DNA of 64,000 bases from an uncultured Armatimonadetes bacterium (GCA_963716175.1 OY970296.1:672001-736000), one strand, 5' to 3'; numbered from the stretch's first letter, positions 20,834 through 31,478 are shown. Notes: generated by a model not told the origin, from the sequence alone. Made by a program: numbers and translations.

Positions 20834-21865
20834 AGGCGCGACCCGATTTCGAACGCTTCTTGAGGGTCGTGCTGAAGCACGAGGAGCCCGAGCGAGTACC
20901 AGTAGCGGAGTTCGGCATTGACTGGGGCGTGATCGAGCTGATCCAGGGCCCGCCTTCGGGAGAGGGCAGGGACGCGACCCGCGGCCTGGCTGGCCAGGTT
21001 CTGGCGCGACATTGGCTGTGACTACGTCACGCAGGGGTTGAACCTGAGCTTCCCGCGCGAGGAGCTGAGGACAGCAGACACGGCAATCCTGTCGCACGGG
21101 GAGCGGTCATGGGTGAATGAGGGGAAGGGGCCGATCACCACCTGGGAGGAGTTCGAGAAGTACCCCTGGCCCGAGGTGACCCCATCGGCCTTCGAGGGGC
21201 TGGAGGTGATGGAACGGAACCTGCCGGAGGGGATGAAGATGGCGGCATCCATCCCCGGCGGCCCACTGGAGAACCTGACCTTCCTCATGGGGTTCGAGAC
21301 CTTCAGTTACGCACTCGCCGACGACCCGGCGCTGGTGGCGGCGGTGGCGGAGCGAATCGGTGACACCTTGTGTCGGGTGGTGGAGGTAACCAGCAGCATG
21401 GAGGCGGTGGGGGCGCAGTGGCTCAATGACGATATGGGGTTCAAGAACGCGACCCTGGCGAGCCCGGCGGCACTGCGGAAGTACGTGTTCCCGACGCAGC
21501 AGAGGATCTGCGAGATCGCGCATCGGAACGGTAAGCCCGTGTTCCTGCACTCCTGCGGGAAGCTGGATGAGATCATGGATGAGCTGATAGACGAGGTCGG
21601 CATCGATGCCAAGCACTCGTTCGAAGATGTGATCATGCCGGTGTGGGAGGCGAAGCGCAAGTGGGGGAAGCGGATCGGGCTCCTGGGCGGCGTGGACATG
21701 GATGTCCTGGCGCGGCGAAGCGAGGCGGAGGTGCGGGCGTACACTCGCCGCTGCATTAATGAGTGCCTGCCAGGCGGCGGATGGGCGCTTGGGTCAGGCA
21801 ACACGATCGCGAACTACGTGCCGGTCGCGAACTTCATGGCGATGCTCGACGAGGCCACGCGCTAG
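20830..21865 (+). CDS. Uroporphyrinogen decarboxylase (URO-D/MtaA-CmuA-like) family protein, frameshifted near 20979
   Basis: GTG overlaps the creatininase stop; EPERVP, WEEFEKYPWP, LMGFE, DDMG, HSCG, GGVD, GGGWALGSGN. Confidence 0.85.
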
Positions 21866-21947
21866 CTCGAGACGAGGCCGGTGACCTGGGAATCCCGGCC
21901 GCAGGTGAACACCACATCGCGGCCCTCCTCCCCGAATCGAGGTAGAG

Positions 21948-23282
21948 CTAGCTCTCAGCCGCGGCGTTCAGGTCCGTTTCGAACTCGATGCGCTGGCCCG
22001 GCACGAGGCGGTCGCACTCGATTGTCAGCTCCGGATTCGTGCCACCGGACGCGACGGCGAACCGGCGCGCTTCGCCCGGAAGCAATCCCTTGAGCGAGTC
22101 CGGTGCGCGCACTCCGTTCACGGCCACGAACGCGTCGTAGTAGATGGGCGCCACGCCGGCGTTCGTCACCGTTACATGCGCGGCGGTGTCGCTGGCCTCG
22201 AAGGCGGTGACCTTGAACCTGTAGCCGCACGCCAGACTGTGCTCGCGGATGCGCTCCATCGTGGTCCAGCGCGGCCACTGCTCGCAGATCATGAAGGTAA
22301 TGTGGAAGTTCGCTGCTTCCTTCGCCCAGGCCGCAGCCACTTGCTCCTCGCGCTGCTGGTTCCGGAACAGAATCTCGCCGCCGCAGGGAGAGCGCTGCCA
22401 ACGGTCGCGGGCGAAGAACTCCCAGCCCTCCAGGTTGTAGCCCGGTTCCCACGCGAGATGAAACGAGTCGTCGAACAGGCCGAACTTGAGGTCGAGCAAC
22501 TCGGGTTGCGTGGCGAAGGGCGTGCGGCTGGCCTCCTGCGCGTCCTGCGAGATCATCCACGGTGTTTCCTTGAACACCTTGGTGAGGTGCCGGAAGAACT
22601 GCGCCTGGAACTCCTTGCTCGGGAACGTCTTTCCCAGTTGCTCCGGCCCGGAGTAGATATGATACTCCGCCCAGAGCCCGAAGCCGACCTCCAGGAAGGC
22701 CAGCCGCGGGTCGCGGTCGTACTTCGCGGCGAACCGCTGGTAGAACTCGAGGAAGAAGCGCTGGTATTCCGGATTGGACCAATCGGGAAAAGCCGTGTCG
22801 CGGCCTTCGCTCTTGGCCTCCGCCTCTTTGTAGTCCGGCAACGCCTTGATGTACTGGGGCACCGTGGTCTGCTGGCCAGGCCAGGTTTCGTAGAAGCGCA
22901 GCACGGCCTGGTGCTGGCGGCTGGCGACAGAGTTGAGCTTGCGCTCGACCGCGGACCAGTCGTACTCACCTTTGGCTTTCACCACATCATCGTAGCGCAT
23001 GTAGGAGTACTCGAGTGCGATGGCGTCCGTGTGGCTGTTCTCCGATTCCTCCCACATCACGATGCCGGTCATGGGCTGCACGTGGGTGATCCGGCCCCGG
23101 AGGGAAACGGGATGGAAGGAACCGCCCGCGGCGGAGGCAGCCTCTGAGGCAGCCGAGGCCGAACCGGGTCGCGGCAGGCCGGGCGGGGGCAAGGGCCGCT
23201 CGCCGGCGAGGCCGCACAGGCACGTGGCAGCGAGGAAAAGGCCGCTGATGATTGGAATCCGGCGTCGCAGTGAATCTTCCAT
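21948..23282 (-). CDS. Secreted DUF4832-type putative glycoside hydrolase (TIM barrel)
   Basis: Signal peptide; VQPMTGIV, LEYSY, YDWS, FPDWS, GFGLWAEYH, GGE, GYRF, N.GVAPIYYD. Confidence 0.7.
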   Translation of the reverse strand: MEDSLRRRIPIISGLFLAATCLCGLAGERPLPPPGLPRPGSASAASEAASAAGGSFHPVSLRGRITHVQPMTGIVMWEESENSHTDAIALEYSYMRYDDVVKAKGEYDWSAVERKLNSVASRQHQAVLRFYETWPGQQTTVPQYIKALPDYKEAEAKSEGRDTAFPDWSNPEYQRFFLEFYQRFAAKYDRDPRLAFLEVGFGLWAEYHIYSGPEQLGKTFPSKEFQAQFFRHLTKVFKETPWMISQDAQEASRTPFATQPELLDLKFGLFDDSFHLAWEPGYNLEGWEFFARDRWQRSPCGGEILFRNQQREEQVAAAWAKEAANFHITFMICEQWPRWTTMERIREHSLACGYRFKVTAFEASDTAAHVTVTNAGVAPIYYDAFVAVNGVRAPDSLKGLLPGEARRFAVASGGTNPELTIECDRLVPGQRIEFETDLNAAAES

Positions 23283-23676
23283 GTCTGACCTACCCCCTTG
23301 CTATTGCTGAGCCGTGAGCTTGCTACCGTCACTCGGCTCTGCATCACTGTTCGCCGGGTAACCATCACCTCCTGCGTCCAGAAGACGTGTCGCTCAGCAG
23401 CGCTGGCTGGAAAGCAACGCGCGACGGCGGGTAGACGGCGGCTGGCATGGGCTTGGCAGCGGCGGGGCTCCCTGTGTGCAGCGGGGCTGAGGAGACTATC
23501 CGAGGAGCGGCTCCCCCTGCAAGCGAATAGTGGACGCGGGCCAGAGGTGGCGTTGCCGATGAATGGCCCGGGGCCACAGATGATGCCAGGCAAGGCACCG
23601 TGTTCTCGAGGAGCCCGAGTGGGGAGCATCGCCTGTTTGCCTATCCCATCATTGAGCCACCTTGGCGGAGCAGACA

Positions 23677-25716
23677 ATGGGGCGTGACGCTCCCTGGCCG
23701 GGGCAGAGCGCGGAGGCTGTGCCGCAGGAGCGCGGCGCGCGCCCTCGATTCCGTCCCCTACCAGGACTGCTGGTAGGCCTGGCGCTGCTGCCGCCGACGG
23801 TGCTGTGGATGGTCTACAACGAGACCGTGCTGGGCGGAGCGCTGGCGACGCAGATGTCCCTGCCGCTGAACGTGGTGCTGGAGCTGGCGCTGCTGGTGGG
23901 GCTGAACTCGGTGGTGGGAAGACTGCGCCCGCAGTGGCGGCTGTCTCAGGCGCAGTTGCTGATTGCCTACGTGGTGCTGGTTGTGGGCACGGCGGCCTCA
24001 GGGTTCTGGTACACCCAGTCTCTGCCCACGGTTGCGGGGTACATGGCCTGGTATTGCACTCCCGGCCACGGCGGCAGTGCGGCCTTCGATTCGCGGCTGA
24101 ACCTGAGCAGCGTGGTTGACTCCCTGCCGTCGTGGTTCATCGTCAAGGACATGCCGGCGCTGAAGGCATTCTATGAGGGCGCCGACGAGACCACGGCCAT
24201 GGGCGAGTACTGGCGCGCATGGCTGCTGTCGATGGCGTGGTGGGTGCTGCTGTTCTTGGTGCTGGTGTACGTGTTCCTGTGCCTGTCGGTGCTCCTGCGC
24301 AGGCAGTGGTCCGATCGGGAGAGGCTGAACTTCCCGCTGACCCAGGTGCCCCTGGCGATGACGAACCCGGCTGCGCCCCTGTTCAAGAACCGGTTGCTGT
24401 GGCTGGGGATCATCCTGGCCGGCTCGGTGGACGCGCTCAACAACCTGCACCGGATCTACCCTACGGTGCCGATGCTGGATGTGCAGTACAACGATCTGGC
24501 CGAGCGGCTCAACGCCTGGGGGTTCCCCTGGTCCATGATCCAGTGGGGCGCGTTCGGGGTATCGTTCTACCCGTTCGTGATCGGCCTGGGGTTCTTGATG
24601 CCGCTGGACGTGCTCTTCTCCTTCTGGTTCTTCTACCTGCTCTGGAACGTCATCCGGCTGGGGGTGGCCGGACTCGGGTACCCCTATCCGGGGACCGGGG
24701 CAGAGGCGGTTTTCCCCTACATCCCCGACCAGGTGCAAGGCGGGTACCTGGCGCTGGGGGTGATGGCGCTGTGGGCCTCGCGGCTCGATCTCAAACGAGC
24801 GCTGCTGCAGCTCCTCCGCCGCCTCCCGCGGGGCCAGGAGCAAGAGGAGGCGATCAGCTATCCTCATGCGCTGGTCGGGGCTGTGGTGGGCACATTGCTG
24901 CTGATAGCCTTGCTCACCTCGGCCAGCGCCGCGCCCGTGGTATCGGCAGTGTTCATGGTCGGATTCCTGGTGATCTCCATCAGCATCGCGCGCTTGCGGG
25001 CCGAGTTCGGAGCACCATTCCACGACGTGGAGTTCAACACACCGGACTTCGTAATGCCCAAGGTGATGGGCAGCGCGCTGCTGGGCCCGCGCGCGTTGGG
25101 CATGCTGTCCATGCAGATCTGGTACACCGCGGAGAACTTCACCCACCCTATGCCACACAGCATCGAGGCGCTCCGGATCGCATCAGCCCCGCGCACGGGA
25201 GCAAGGCAAGCACCGTTTTTCTGGGGGGTACTGCTAGCCTGGCTGGTGGGGATGTCGCTGTGCATCGTCGCCGTGCTCTACTTCGGGCAGCAGCTGGGCT
25301 ACATGACCAGCAAGACCCTGGGTCAGCGCACCATGTGGTACGGTGAGAACTTCGCGCGGCTCGACCAGATGTTGGCGACGCCGAGCGGCAGCAGACCTCA
25401 GTCCATGATCGCGACCGTGATCGGGATGTTCACCTGCTTCGGGCTGCAGGCCATGCGACTGCGGACGCCCGGCTGGCCCCTAGACCCGGTCGCCTACAGC
25501 CTGGCGAGCACGGCCACCGCGAGCAGCTACTGGCTGCCTCTTTTCCTCGCTTGGGTAGTCAAGAGCCTGATCCTGCGCTATGGCGGCCGCCGCGGCTATA
25601 TGCAGGCGCTACCGTTCTTCCTCGGACTGGTGATCGGCGAGGCCTTCGTCGGAGTCGGCTGGTCCCTCGTCGGCTCCATCCTGCACCAGCGAACATACCG
25701 CTACTACTACTTCTGA
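23677..25716 (+). CDS. Second DUF6785/DUF6784-type polytopic membrane protein
   Basis: RRQWSDRERLNFPLTQVP, RLRAEFG, WPLDPVAY, RYGG...P.FLGLVIGE; same architecture as 789-2747; RBS GGAG. Confidence 0.8.
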   Translation: MGRDAPWPGQSAEAVPQERGARPRFRPLPGLLVGLALLPPTVLWMVYNETVLGGALATQMSLPLNVVLELALLVGLNSVVGRLRPQWRLSQAQLLIAYVVLVVGTAASGFWYTQSLPTVAGYMAWYCTPGHGGSAAFDSRLNLSSVVDSLPSWFIVKDMPALKAFYEGADETTAMGEYWRAWLLSMAWWVLLFLVLVYVFLCLSVLLRRQWSDRERLNFPLTQVPLAMTNPAAPLFKNRLLWLGIILAGSVDALNNLHRIYPTVPMLDVQYNDLAERLNAWGFPWSMIQWGAFGVSFYPFVIGLGFLMPLDVLFSFWFFYLLWNVIRLGVAGLGYPYPGTGAEAVFPYIPDQVQGGYLALGVMALWASRLDLKRALLQLLRRLPRGQEQEEAISYPHALVGAVVGTLLLIALLTSASAAPVVSAVFMVGFLVISISIARLRAEFGAPFHDVEFNTPDFVMPKVMGSALLGPRALGMLSMQIWYTAENFTHPMPHSIEALRIASAPRTGARQAPFFWGVLLAWLVGMSLCIVAVLYFGQQLGYMTSKTLGQRTMWYGENFARLDQMLATPSGSRPQSMIATVIGMFTCFGLQAMRLRTPGWPLDPVAYSLASTATASSYWLPLFLAWVVKSLILRYGGRRGYMQALPFFLGLVIGEAFVGVGWSLVGSILHQRTYRYYYF

Positions 25717-25860
25717 GCGGACGGCGGCGGAAGCCTCGACCCCGGGCGCTTTCCTCAGGAAGTGCTTCTCGCATCGAAACGCGGGGGTGATGGGCGCGCC
25801 GCCATCTCCACTGGGCCGCGATGTGCGCGTGTCCTGCCTCGCGGGCACGATGGCCGGTCG

Positions 25861-26526
25861 CTACTCGTGTAGCTCTTTCAGCTGTCCCGTCTCCATGTAC
25901 CAGATGCGCTCGCCGATGTTGGTCACGTGATCGGCCATGCGCTCCAGGTAGGTGCCCACCAGCAGCAGTGAGAACGCTTGCGCCGCAAGTCGGGGATCGC
26001 GCTGCACGTACTCGAGCAGCTCCTGGTGGAGTGACCTGTAGGCGTGATCCACCTCGTCGTCCTGGCGGACGGCCTGCATCGCCAGCTCGAGGTCGCGCCG
26101 GACGAAGGCCTCCAGCGCGTCGTGGAGCATCCTCTGCACCAGATGAGCCATGCGCGGGATATCCACCAGGGGCTTGAACAGCGGGTGATCGGCAAGCTCG
26201 CGGGCCTGGCGGGAGGTGTCGACGGCGTAGTCGCCAATGCGCTCGATATCGGCGATGACGCGGAGCACCCCGGCGATGGTGCGCAGATCCCGCGCCATGG
26301 GCTGCTGGAGGGCGAGGAGCTGAATGGCCCGCGCTTCGATATCCATGTTCAGGGCGTCAATCTGGTTCTCTACCACCATCACCTCGTCGCAGAGCGCGAG
26401 GTTGTGCTCGGCCAGCGCGCGCACCGCCAGATCCACCGCCTGCACCGCCATGCTGCCCATGCGCACCACGTCCTGCTGAAGCGATGACAGCTGCTCGTCG
26501 AAACTGTGTCGGATGGGGGTGCTCAA
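25861..26526 (-). CDS. phoU: Phosphate signalling complex protein PhoU
   Basis: [35 protein letters not shown]; TTG start after AAGGAG; follows pstB. Confidence 0.95.
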   Translation of the reverse strand: MSTPIRHSFDEQLSSLQQDVVRMGSMAVQAVDLAVRALAEHNLALCDEVMVVENQIDALNMDIEARAIQLLALQQPMARDLRTIAGVLRVIADIERIGDYAVDTSRQARELADHPLFKPLVDIPRMAHLVQRMLHDALEAFVRRDLELAMQAVRQDDEVDHAYRSLHQELLEYVQRDPRLAAQAFSLLLVGTYLERMADHVTNIGERIWYMETGQLKELHE

Positions 26527-26542
26527 GTGCCAGACTCCTTCG

Positions 26543-27352
26543 TCACCCGAAGCGCCCGGTGACATAGTCCTCCGTCCGCTTGTCCGCCGGGTCGGTGAAT
26601 ATCCTGGCCGAGGGGCCGAACTCGATCAGCTCGCCGTGGAGGAAGAAGCCGGTCTCCTGCGATACCCGGGCGGCCTGCTGCATGTTGTGGGTGACGATCA
26701 CAATGGTGTATTTCCGCTGCAGCTCGTGCATCAACTCCTCGATTCTGAGGGTGGAAACCGGGTCCAGCGCCGAGCAGGGCTCGTCCATCAGCACCACCTC
26801 CGGGTCCAGGGCGAGCACGCGGCTGATGCAGAGGCGCTGCTGCTGTCCGCCGGAGAGGGTGAAGGCCGACTCCTTTAGCTTGTCCTTCACTTCGTCCCAC
26901 AGCGCCGCCCGTTTCAGGCTCTCCTCCACCAGGTCTGCGAGGTCGGAGCCGCGAGCGATGCCGTGAATGCGCGGGGCGTAGGCGACATTGTCGAAGACCG
27001 ACATGGGGAAGGGATTGGGCCGCTGAAACACCATCCCCACGCGGCGCCGCAGCGCCACCACGTCCACCGCCGGATCATAGATGTCTTCGCCGTCCAGGCG
27101 CACTTCGCCCTCCGTCCGCGCTCCCTCGATGATGTCATTCATCCGATTGAGGGCCCTGAGGAAGGTGGACTTGCCACAGCCCGAGGGTCCGATGAGAGCG
27201 GTGATCTGCCGTTCCCGGATGGTCAGGTTCACATGCTTGAGTGCCTGGAACCGCCCATAGTAGAAATCGAGGCGCTCGACCTCGATCTTCGGTCCCCGCT
27301 GGTCGCGGTAACGCGCGGCGTCCGGTTGGGCTACGGAGGAGATGTTGATCAT
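26543..27352 (-). CDS. pstB: Phosphate ABC transporter ATP-binding protein
   Basis: [56 protein letters not shown]. Confidence 0.97.
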   Translation of the reverse strand: MINISSVAQPDAARYRDQRGPKIEVERLDFYYGRFQALKHVNLTIRERQITALIGPSGCGKSTFLRALNRMNDIIEGARTEGEVRLDGEDIYDPAVDVVALRRRVGMVFQRPNPFPMSVFDNVAYAPRIHGIARGSDLADLVEESLKRAALWDEVKDKLKESAFTLSGGQQQRLCISRVLALDPEVVLMDEPCSALDPVSTLRIEELMHELQRKYTIVIVTHNMQQAARVSQETGFFLHGELIEFGPSARIFTDPADKRTEDYVTGRFG

Positions 27353-27355
27353 GGC

Positions 27356-28228
27356 CTAGGTCACCATGCGGAAGCGGCCCCGGGTGGCGTATCGAGCGGC
27401 GACGCTCAGCACCGACACAAGGCTCACCAGCACCAACGCCGCCGCCCACGCCTGGCGGCGCCAGTCCTCGTAGGGCTGGATGGCGTAGGTGAAGATCTGG
27501 ACCGGCAGATTGGGCATGGGATGGTCTATGCGAGTGCACCAGAATGCGCTGGTGCCCGCGGTCAGCAGCAGCGGAGCGGCTTCGCCCGCGATGCGGGAGA
27601 CCGCAAGCAGGACGCCGGTGATGACTCCGCCCTTTGCCGCCACCAGCACCACCTTGAACACCGTCCGCCAGTGCGTCGCCCCCAGCGAGAGGCTGGCCTC
27701 CCGCAATGAGAGAGGTACCAGCCGCACGAGTTCCTCTGTGGTTCGCATGACGGTCGGGATCATCATCACGCCCAGGGCGGCCCCGCCGGCGATCGCGGAG
27801 AGGCGATGGGTTGGCACCACGACCATGGCCCAGATGAAGATGCCGACCACAATGGAGGGCACCCCGCTGAGCACATCGGCGAAGAAGCGCACGGTCCAGG
27901 CGAAACGATTGGTGCCGAACTCGGCGAGGTAGATGCCTCCCAGGATGCCGACCGGCAACCCCACCAGGCTGGCCAGCCCGATCAGGATGAGGCTGCCGAG
28001 AATGGCATTCGCCATGCCGCCGCCGGGTTCGCCCACGGGCTTGGGCAGCTTGGTGAAGAAGTCGAGGTTGATTCCAGAGGCGCCCTGGGCGACGACGTAG
28101 TACATCACCAGTCCCAGTGGCACGATCGCCGCCAGCACGCAGAGCACAGCCCAGGCCCACATCATGCCGTTGGCGGCCTTGCGGCGCGTGTGTCTCAGGC
28201 CTGCCCTCCGTGCCTGCACCGCGCTCAT
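27356..28228 (-). CDS. pstA: Phosphate ABC transporter permease PstA
   Basis: GGGMANAILGS, GVPSIVVG, LREASLSLGA, RIAGEAAPLL. Confidence 0.96.
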   Translation of the reverse strand: MSAVQARRAGLRHTRRKAANGMMWAWAVLCVLAAIVPLGLVMYYVVAQGASGINLDFFTKLPKPVGEPGGGMANAILGSLILIGLASLVGLPVGILGGIYLAEFGTNRFAWTVRFFADVLSGVPSIVVGIFIWAMVVVPTHRLSAIAGGAALGVMMIPTVMRTTEELVRLVPLSLREASLSLGATHWRTVFKVVLVAAKGGVITGVLLAVSRIAGEAAPLLLTAGTSAFWCTRIDHPMPNLPVQIFTYAIQPYEDWRRQAWAAALVLVSLVSVLSVAARYATRGRFRMVT

Positions 28229-29223
28229 TCTCTCACCATCTCGTGCGTCCGGCGAGCGACACTCCAGATGAGCAGCCGCGCGATGGCGTTGATCGCGATG
28301 GTGACCGCGAACAGCAGCAGCGCGATCTCCATCAGGGCGGCGATGTGGAGTTTGCCGGTGGCTTCCATGAATTCGTTGGCGAGGACGCTGGGCATGGTGT
28401 AGGCGGGGTCGAAGATGGAGGCCGAGATGGTCGGCGTGTTGCCGATCACCATGGTGACCGCCATGGTCTCACCCAGCGCGCGGCCCAGTCCAAGAATGAC
28501 GGCGCCCAGGATTCCGGCACGCGCATACCGGAAGACAGGACCGCGTATCGCCTCCCACCGGGTCGCCCCCAGCGCGTAGGCGGCCTCTCGCTGCGAGACC
28601 GGAACGGCACGCAACACGTCCCGTGACACTGCGGTGATGATCGGCAGCACCATGATCGCCAGGATCAGTCCCGCCGCCAGCATGCCAATGCCGTAGGGCG
28701 CGCCGGAGAACAGCGGCACCGAGCCCAGGTGCATTCCCAGCCATATCTCGAGGGGCCGCAGGACTGGTACCAGCACGAAGATGCCCCAGATCCCGTAGAC
28801 TACACTCGGCACCGCGGCCAGCAGCTCGACCAGAAAGGACAAGGGATTGCGCAGCCAGACCGGGGCGAGTTCGGCCAGGAAGAGAGCGGCTCCCAGGCTG
28901 ATCGGGACGGCCAGCAGCAGCGCCAGCGCCGACGACACCACAGTGCCATAGACGAAGGGCAGCGCCCCAAAGGAGTCGTGCACCGGGTCCCAGGTGCGGC
29001 CCGACAGGAAGCCCCAGGAGAACTCCCGGATTGCGGGCAGGGAGTCAGCGAGCAGCAAGTAGGCGAGAAGAGCGATGACGATGAGCACGCAGGCCGCAAA
29101 CAGCAGGGTCGTCCACTTGAACACGCGGTCCCCGAATCGCGCGCTCAAGATCCCCCGCTGCCTCAGCGACCTGGTTCCGCTCACCGTTGTTTCCACGCTC
29201 TCCGCTCCCTGGGGATCGGGCAT
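28225..29223 (-). CDS. pstC: Phosphate ABC transporter permease PstC
   Basis: WDP...FGALP..YGT, ELLAAVPSVVYG, REAAYALGATRWE, GRALGETMAV. Confidence 0.96.
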   Translation of the reverse strand: MPDPQGAESVETTVSGTRSLRQRGILSARFGDRVFKWTTLLFAACVLIVIALLAYLLLADSLPAIREFSWGFLSGRTWDPVHDSFGALPFVYGTVVSSALALLLAVPISLGAALFLAELAPVWLRNPLSFLVELLAAVPSVVYGIWGIFVLVPVLRPLEIWLGMHLGSVPLFSGAPYGIGMLAAGLILAIMVLPIITAVSRDVLRAVPVSQREAAYALGATRWEAIRGPVFRYARAGILGAVILGLGRALGETMAVTMVIGNTPTISASIFDPAYTMPSVLANEFMEATGKLHIAALMEIALLLFAVTIAINAIARLLIWSVARRTHEMVRE

Positions 29224-29299
29224 CCCCGGAACACGTTATTGCGGATGCGCTGGAACAGACGCCTCCACCCGGACATCCGCCCCCTTTCTGCTCCGGGGG

Positions 29300-29353
29300 A
29301 GTCTACCTGCTCTCGGTTAACGACAGACCGTGGGATTGTTAGGGCTGGGTTAA
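29300..29353 (-). promoter_or_regulatory. Putative Pho-box promoter upstream of pstC
   Basis: Minus-strand hexamers TTAACC (29348-53), CTAACA (29337-42) and TTAACC (29315-20) at 11- and 22-bp spacing; -10-like TAGACT (29300-05) 9 bp downstream. Confidence 0.75.
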
Positions 29354-29488
29354 GAGTTCGGTCCCAAGGTCCCCGAAACCGGAACACGAGGGCGCGCGCC
29401 GACTCCGTGGCGCAGGGCCACAGAGCCCCGGCCGGTGCACCGGGAACTGCGCGCCGCCCAACCTCTTCTCCCTCTGCGCGGAGGTCAG

Positions 29489-30532
29489 CTAGAAGCTGAT
29501 CGCCTTGATCTTGCTTTCGTCCAGCGCCACGACCTCACGAGGCAGCGGCGCATAGAGCAGCGGAGCGGCGTACTTCTGGCCATCGGTCACCGCCCACCGC
29601 AGGAACGCCGCCAACGTCCGGCCCTTGCCTGCGTTCGATGGCCGCTGGTAGCAGAGAATGTAGGTGAACCCCGCGATCGGGTAGGCGTTCTTGCCCGGCG
29701 CGTTCACGATTGAGACCCGCACGTCCTTCTGCATCGCCTTCACCGACCCCGCCGCGGCGGCCGTCGTGGTGGCGATGGTAGGCTCGACAAACTGGCCGGC
29801 GCGGTTGCGGATATAGGCGTATGGGAGTTTGCTCTGGATAGCATACGCCAGCTCGACATAACCGACGGCGCCAGGAGTCTGCTTGACCACCCCAGCCACG
29901 CCGTCGTTGCCTTTGCCGCCGATACCGGCCGGCCAGTTCACCGCCTTACCAGCCCCTACCCGCTTCGCCCAGGTTGGGCTGACCGCCGACAGGTAACTGG
30001 TGAAGATGTAGCTGGTGCCGCTGCCGTCGGAGCGGTGCGCGACGGCGATGGCCAGATTGGGCAGTCTCACGCCGGGATTTGGCGAGGCGATGCGCGTATC
30101 GTTCCAGCGCGTGATGCTGCCGAGGAAGATATCGGCGACCACGTCACCGCTCAGCTTCAGTCCCTGCTGCACGCCCGGGAGGTGGTAGGCGATCACCACT
30201 GCGCCCGCCACCATCGGGAGGTGCACCACCGCGGCGGGCATCTCCCGCATCTCCTGGTCGGACAGAGGAGCGTCGCTGGCCCCGAAGTCCACGGTGCGGG
30301 ACTTGAGCTGCTGAATGCCTCCGCCGCTGCCGATGGACTGATAGCTGATAGCGACCTTGTGCTCCTTCTGATAGACGTCGAACCACTTCGAGTACAACGG
30401 ATACGGAAACGTCGCGCCCGCTCCGGTCAGGCTGCTGAGCCCCGCGCCAGAAGCGAGCGCGGCCGCGGACAGCACGGCCACAGTGAGCGCCGCGGCCAGC
30501 ACGCCAGCCATCCTGGTTCTGCGTGGAGACAT
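29489..30532 (-). CDS. pstS: Phosphate ABC transporter substrate-binding protein
   Basis: Signal peptide; GAGATFPYPLY, YQSIGSGGG, DFGASD, RSDGSGTS, GKGNDGV; RBS GAGGAGG. Confidence 0.97.
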   Translation of the reverse strand: MSPRRTRMAGVLAAALTVAVLSAAALASGAGLSSLTGAGATFPYPLYSKWFDVYQKEHKVAISYQSIGSGGGIQQLKSRTVDFGASDAPLSDQEMREMPAAVVHLPMVAGAVVIAYHLPGVQQGLKLSGDVVADIFLGSITRWNDTRIASPNPGVRLPNLAIAVAHRSDGSGTSYIFTSYLSAVSPTWAKRVGAGKAVNWPAGIGGKGNDGVAGVVKQTPGAVGYVELAYAIQSKLPYAYIRNRAGQFVEPTIATTTAAAAGSVKAMQKDVRVSIVNAPGKNAYPIAGFTYILCYQRPSNAGKGRTLAAFLRWAVTDGQKYAAPLLYAPLPREVVALDESKIKAISF

Positions 30533-30791
30533 GTGACTATCCTCCTCTATTGGGGTTTGGCTTCCGCGTCGAGTGACGCACGCTGCGAGATGTCGATCTA
30601 GCACATAGGCCCTTTGGGGACGGCCCTCCTAGCCGTGGACTCCGCGAGCCCGGGCTCCGGAACGCGGTCGTGACCTGCTCGTGCCAGGCCAGCGCCGTAT
30701 CCTCCCACACACCGGCGATCGGTGTCCACTGGCCGGTGGGTCCTCGATGATGCCTCGGTTGCATAGTGTCAGCCGCTTGCACCTTCGTGAC

Positions 30792-31478
30792 CTAACCCAG
30801 AGACAGGAGTGCGGCTGGGAAGGAAGCGGGATGGTAGCTCTTGAGCCGTCCCAGCTCCCCGATCGTGGAGTAGATCGCCCACTCGCCGATGTTGGTGGCA
30901 TGGGCAGCCACTCGCTTCAGCGCGTGCGAGGCGAACAGCAGCCACACGCCGGCCCTCAGGTAATCCGGGGCCGCCGCGAGATGGCGGAGCACTTCTGCGT
31001 GGAGCCAGCGGTGTGCGATCTCCGCGATGTCCTCCTGCTCCCGCAACCGGTGCAGGTCATGCAGCTCGCCGCTCGCGAAGGCCTGCACGCTGATCGCGAT
31101 CATCTCGGAGGTCAGGTCCACCATCTTCCGCAGGCGCCGCGTGATCTTCGGCGGACAAGGAGAAACGATTTCCCGGGCGATGAGCGCGATGTCCACCGCG
31201 AGGTCGGCGATGCGCTCCAGGTCGGAGATCACCCTCAAGATGGCAGCCGCCCTTCTTCGTGGTGCGGTCGGAAAGGGCTGATCGGAGGCCAGCAACTCGA
31301 TGCATTTCCTCGCGATCGCCAGCTCCATGCGATCAATAATGTCGTCCCGGCCAATCACCTCTTCGCACAGCATGCGGTCGCCCTCGAGAATGCCCTGACT
31401 CGCCCTGGCGACCGCTTCCTTTACCAAGTCGCTCATGTGCACCACGTCGTGGTGCAGCTCCTGCATCGTCTCCTCCAT
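30792..31478 (-). CDS. phoU: Divergent second PhoU-like protein
   Basis: DDIID, ISDLERIAD, LKRVAAHATNIGE; lies within the pho cluster. Confidence 0.8.
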   Translation of the reverse strand: MEETMQELHHDVVHMSDLVKEAVARASQGILEGDRMLCEEVIGRDDIIDRMELAIARKCIELLASDQPFPTAPRRRAAAILRVISDLERIADLAVDIALIAREIVSPCPPKITRRLRKMVDLTSEMIAISVQAFASGELHDLHRLREQEDIAEIAHRWLHAEVLRHLAAAPDYLRAGVWLLFASHALKRVAAHATNIGEWAIYSTIGELGRLKSYHPASFPAALLSLG

